A stretch of DNA of 53,087 nucleotides from Tubiluchus corallicola (lineage: Eukaryota; Animalia; Priapulida): contig JAQGDQ010001238.1 in NCBI GenBank assembly GCA_030141605.1, positions 1 to 53,087 on the forward strand, written 5' to 3'. The position numbers and the translations under genes are program-made. Shown piece by piece: positions 50,138 through 53,087 of this stretch (within the stretch, counting starts at the first letter, position 1; each line of letters begins with the position of its first letter). The notes under the pieces were generated by a model. The model searched no databases, had not been told where the DNA came from, and worked only from the letters and a program-made list of their open reading frames with translations.

Positions 50138-51780
50138 CACTTACCTATGTATGTTTTGACCCTCATACACTTACCTATGTATGTTTTGACCCTCATACAC
50201 TTACCTATGTATGTTTTGACCTTCATGCACTTACCTATGTATGTTTTGACCTTCATACACTTACCTATGTATGTTTTGACCCTCATACACTTACCTATGT
50301 ATGTTTTGACCTTCATGCACTTACCTATGTATGTTTTGACCTTCATACACTTACCTATGTATGCTTTGACCTTCATACACTTATCTATGTATGTTTTGAC
50401 CTTCGTACACTTACCTATGTATGTTTTGACCTTCATACACTTACCTATGTATGTTTTGACCTTCATGCACTTACCTATGTATGTTTTGACCTTCATACAC
50501 TTACCTATGTGTGTTTTGACCTTCATACACTTACCTATGTATGTTTTGACCTTCATACACTTACCTATGTATGTTTTGACCTTCATACACTTACCTATGT
50601 ATGTTTTGACCTTCATACACTTACCTATGTATGTTTTGACCTTCGTACACTTACCTATGTATGTTTTGACCTTCGTACACTTACCTATGTATGTTTTGAC
50701 CTTCATACACTTACCTATGTATGTTTTGACCTTCATGCACTTACCTATGTATGTTTTGACCTTCGTACACTTACCTATGTATGTTTTGACCTTCATACAC
50801 TTACCTATGTATGTTTTGACCTTCATGCATTTACCTATGTATGTTTTGACCTTCATGCACTTACCTATGTGTGTTTTGACCTTCATACACTTACCTATGT
50901 ATGTTTTGACCCTCATACACTTACCTATGTATGTTTTGACCTTCATGCACTTACCTATGTATGTTTTGACCTTCATACACTTACCTATGTATGCTTTGAC
51001 CTTCATACACTTATCTATGTATGTTTTGACCTTCGTACACTTACCTATGTATGTTTTGACCTTCATACACTTACCTATGTATGTTTTGACCTTCATGCAC
51101 TTACCTATGTATGTTTTGACCTTCATACACTTACCTATGTGTGTTTTGACCTTCATACACTTACCTATGTATGTTTTGACCTTCATACACTTACCTATGT
51201 ATGTTTTGACCTTCATACACTTACCTATGTATGTTTTCACCTTCATACACTTACCTATGTATGTTTTGACCCTCATACACTTACCTATGTATGTTTTGAC
51301 CTTCATACACTTACCTATGTATGTTTTGACCTTCATGCACTTACCTATGTATGTTTTGACCTTCATACACTTACCTATGTATGTTTTGACCCTCATACAC
51401 TTACCTATGTATGTTTTGACCTTCATACACTTACCTATGTATGTTTTGACCTTCATACATTTACCTATGTATGCTTTGACCTTCATACATTTACCTATGT
51501 ATGTTTTGACCTTCATATACTTACCTATGTATGTTTTGACCTTCATACACTTACCTATGTATGTTTTGACCTTCATACACTTACCTATGTATGTTTTGAC
51601 CTTCACACACTTACCTATGTATGTTTTGACCTTCACACACTTACCTATGTATGTTTTGACCTTCATACACTTACCTATGTATGTTTTGACCTTCATACAC
51701 TTACCTATGTATGTTTTGACATTCGTACACTTACCTACGTATGTTTTGACCCTCATACACTTACCTACATATGTTTTGAC
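50138..51780. repeat. 30-bp minisatellite B, about 55 copies
   Basis: Unit CACTTACCTATGTATGTTTTGACCTTCATA. Confidence 0.96.
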
Positions 51781-51815
51781 TCCTGGTTAGTTTGTAAAGT
51801 TTTCTAAGAGCATTC

Positions 51816-52743
51816 CATCCCTGGTGTACAGCTTGGGAAATTATCCTGTATCCTGAAATACAAACACATTATTTGTCTGGTGGCATCAGGGATAGAGAGA
51901 ATGATATCCATCCCTGGTGTACAGCTTGGGAACTTATCCTATATCCTGAAATACAAACACATCATTTGTCTGGTAGCATCAGGGATAGGGAGAATGATAT
52001 TCATCCCTGGTGTACAGCTTGGGAACTTATCCTGTATCCTGAAATACAAACACATCATTTGTCTGGTAGCATCAGGGATAGGGAGAATGATATTCATCCC
52101 TGGTGTACAGCTTGGGAAATTATCCTGTATCCTGAAATACAAACACATCATTTGTCTGGTAGCATCAGGGATAGGGAGAATGATATTCATCCCTGGTGTA
52201 CAGCTTGGGAAATTATCCTGTATCCTGAAATACAAACACATCATTTGTCTGGTAGCATCAGGGATAGGGAGAATGATATTCATCCCTGGTGTACAGCTTG
52301 GGAAATTATCCTGTATCCTGAAATACAAACACATCATTTGTCTGGTAGCATCAGGGATAGGGAGAATGATATTCATCCCTGGTGTACAGCTTGGGAAATT
52401 ATCCTGTATCCTGAAATACAAACACATCATTTGTCTGGTAGCATCAGGGATAGGGAGAATGATATTCATCCCTGGTGTACAGCTTGGGAAATTATCCTGT
52501 ATCCTGAAATACAAACACATCATTTGTCTGGTACCATTCGGGATAGGGAGAATGATATTCATCCCTGGTGTACAGCTTGGGAAATTATCCTATATCCTGA
52601 AATACAAACACATCATTTGTCTGGTACCATTCGGGATAGGGAGAATGATATTCATCCCTGGTGTACAGCTTCTGAAATTATCCTGTATCCTGAAATACAA
52701 ACACATCATTTGTCTGGTACCATTCGGGATAGGGAGAATGATA
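51816..52743. repeat. 93-bp tandem repeat, about 10 copies
   Basis: Period 93 (CATCCCTGG at 51816, 51909, 52002 and onward). Confidence 0.95.
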
Positions 52744-52764
52744 AGCAAAATGTTTCATTTGCAG

Positions 52765-52880
52765 GACGGAAGCTGGAAGTGAAAATTATCACTACGGGTC
52801 TAAAAGATAAAGAGGGTGGCATGCATGTGCTGTCCGATGTCGAGGCAAATCAGTTCAAAAACTTAATTACGTCATTCCTG
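52765..52880 (+). CDS. OS9: OS-9 exon 14 (gene continues beyond the window)
   Basis: cag|(G)RKLEVKIITTGLKDKEGGMHVLSDVEANQFKNLITSFL|gtaagt; resembles human GKIEIKIV..LTDEDTRNLKEIFFNIL; 116 nt, phase 1-0. Confidence 0.9.
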
Positions 52881-53087
52881 GTAAGTGACTTGTATGACTT
52901 GTTTAGAACGGTGTACAAAACATTTGTTAAAAAGCACAAATAACCCTTTACTTAAATGTAAAAAAATTGTATTAATGTTCTATTATACACAGAGCTTGTA
53001 TTAAGATTAACACTGCACAAATCATGAACATTTAAACTTCCACGATGACCATTAGGTGCAAGAATTTTGACAGTATATATGTATATA

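Noticed and set aside
50137-51807. 539, 547 and 432 aa ORFs (MKVKTYIGKC)n etc.
   Set aside because: Translations of a stop-free 30-bp satellite inside an OS9 intron; open in several frames with no unique sequence

Overview
AT-rich, intron-rich animal (invertebrate-type) genomic DNA, not prokaryotic. Almost all long ORFs in the track are by-products of simple or tandem repeats. The main gene is a + strand OS9 orthologue (ER lectin, MRH domain, ERAD). I reconstructed 14 GT-AG exons from 23879 to 52880 (1908 nt, 636 codons, phases all compatible); the last exon lies beyond the window. About 3 kb upstream, head-to-head, is a probable signal-peptide first exon of an unidentified minus-strand gene (20841-20784), preceded by four back-to-back stop/start-coupled uORFs. 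The rest is mobile elements and repeats: a 5S rRNA-headed SINE with RTE/BovB-like body and tail (5 pieces clustered in OS9 introns 6-9), a bipartite non-autonomous RTE element with 15-19 bp TSDs, tRNA-headed Meta-type SINEs, hAT and pogo-like MITEs, CR1-like 3' ends with microsatellite tails, two solo-LTR-like elements, and satellites with 24, 30, 34, 38-41, 46, 47 and 93 bp units. I see no clearly new enzymatic system. The best leads are RNA-level: the uORF chain, inverted repeat pairs bracketing OS9 exons, an in-frame acceptor ladder in the 93-bp array, and satellites carrying splice-donor/U1-like motifs. All family assignments are from recalled motifs, not database searches.
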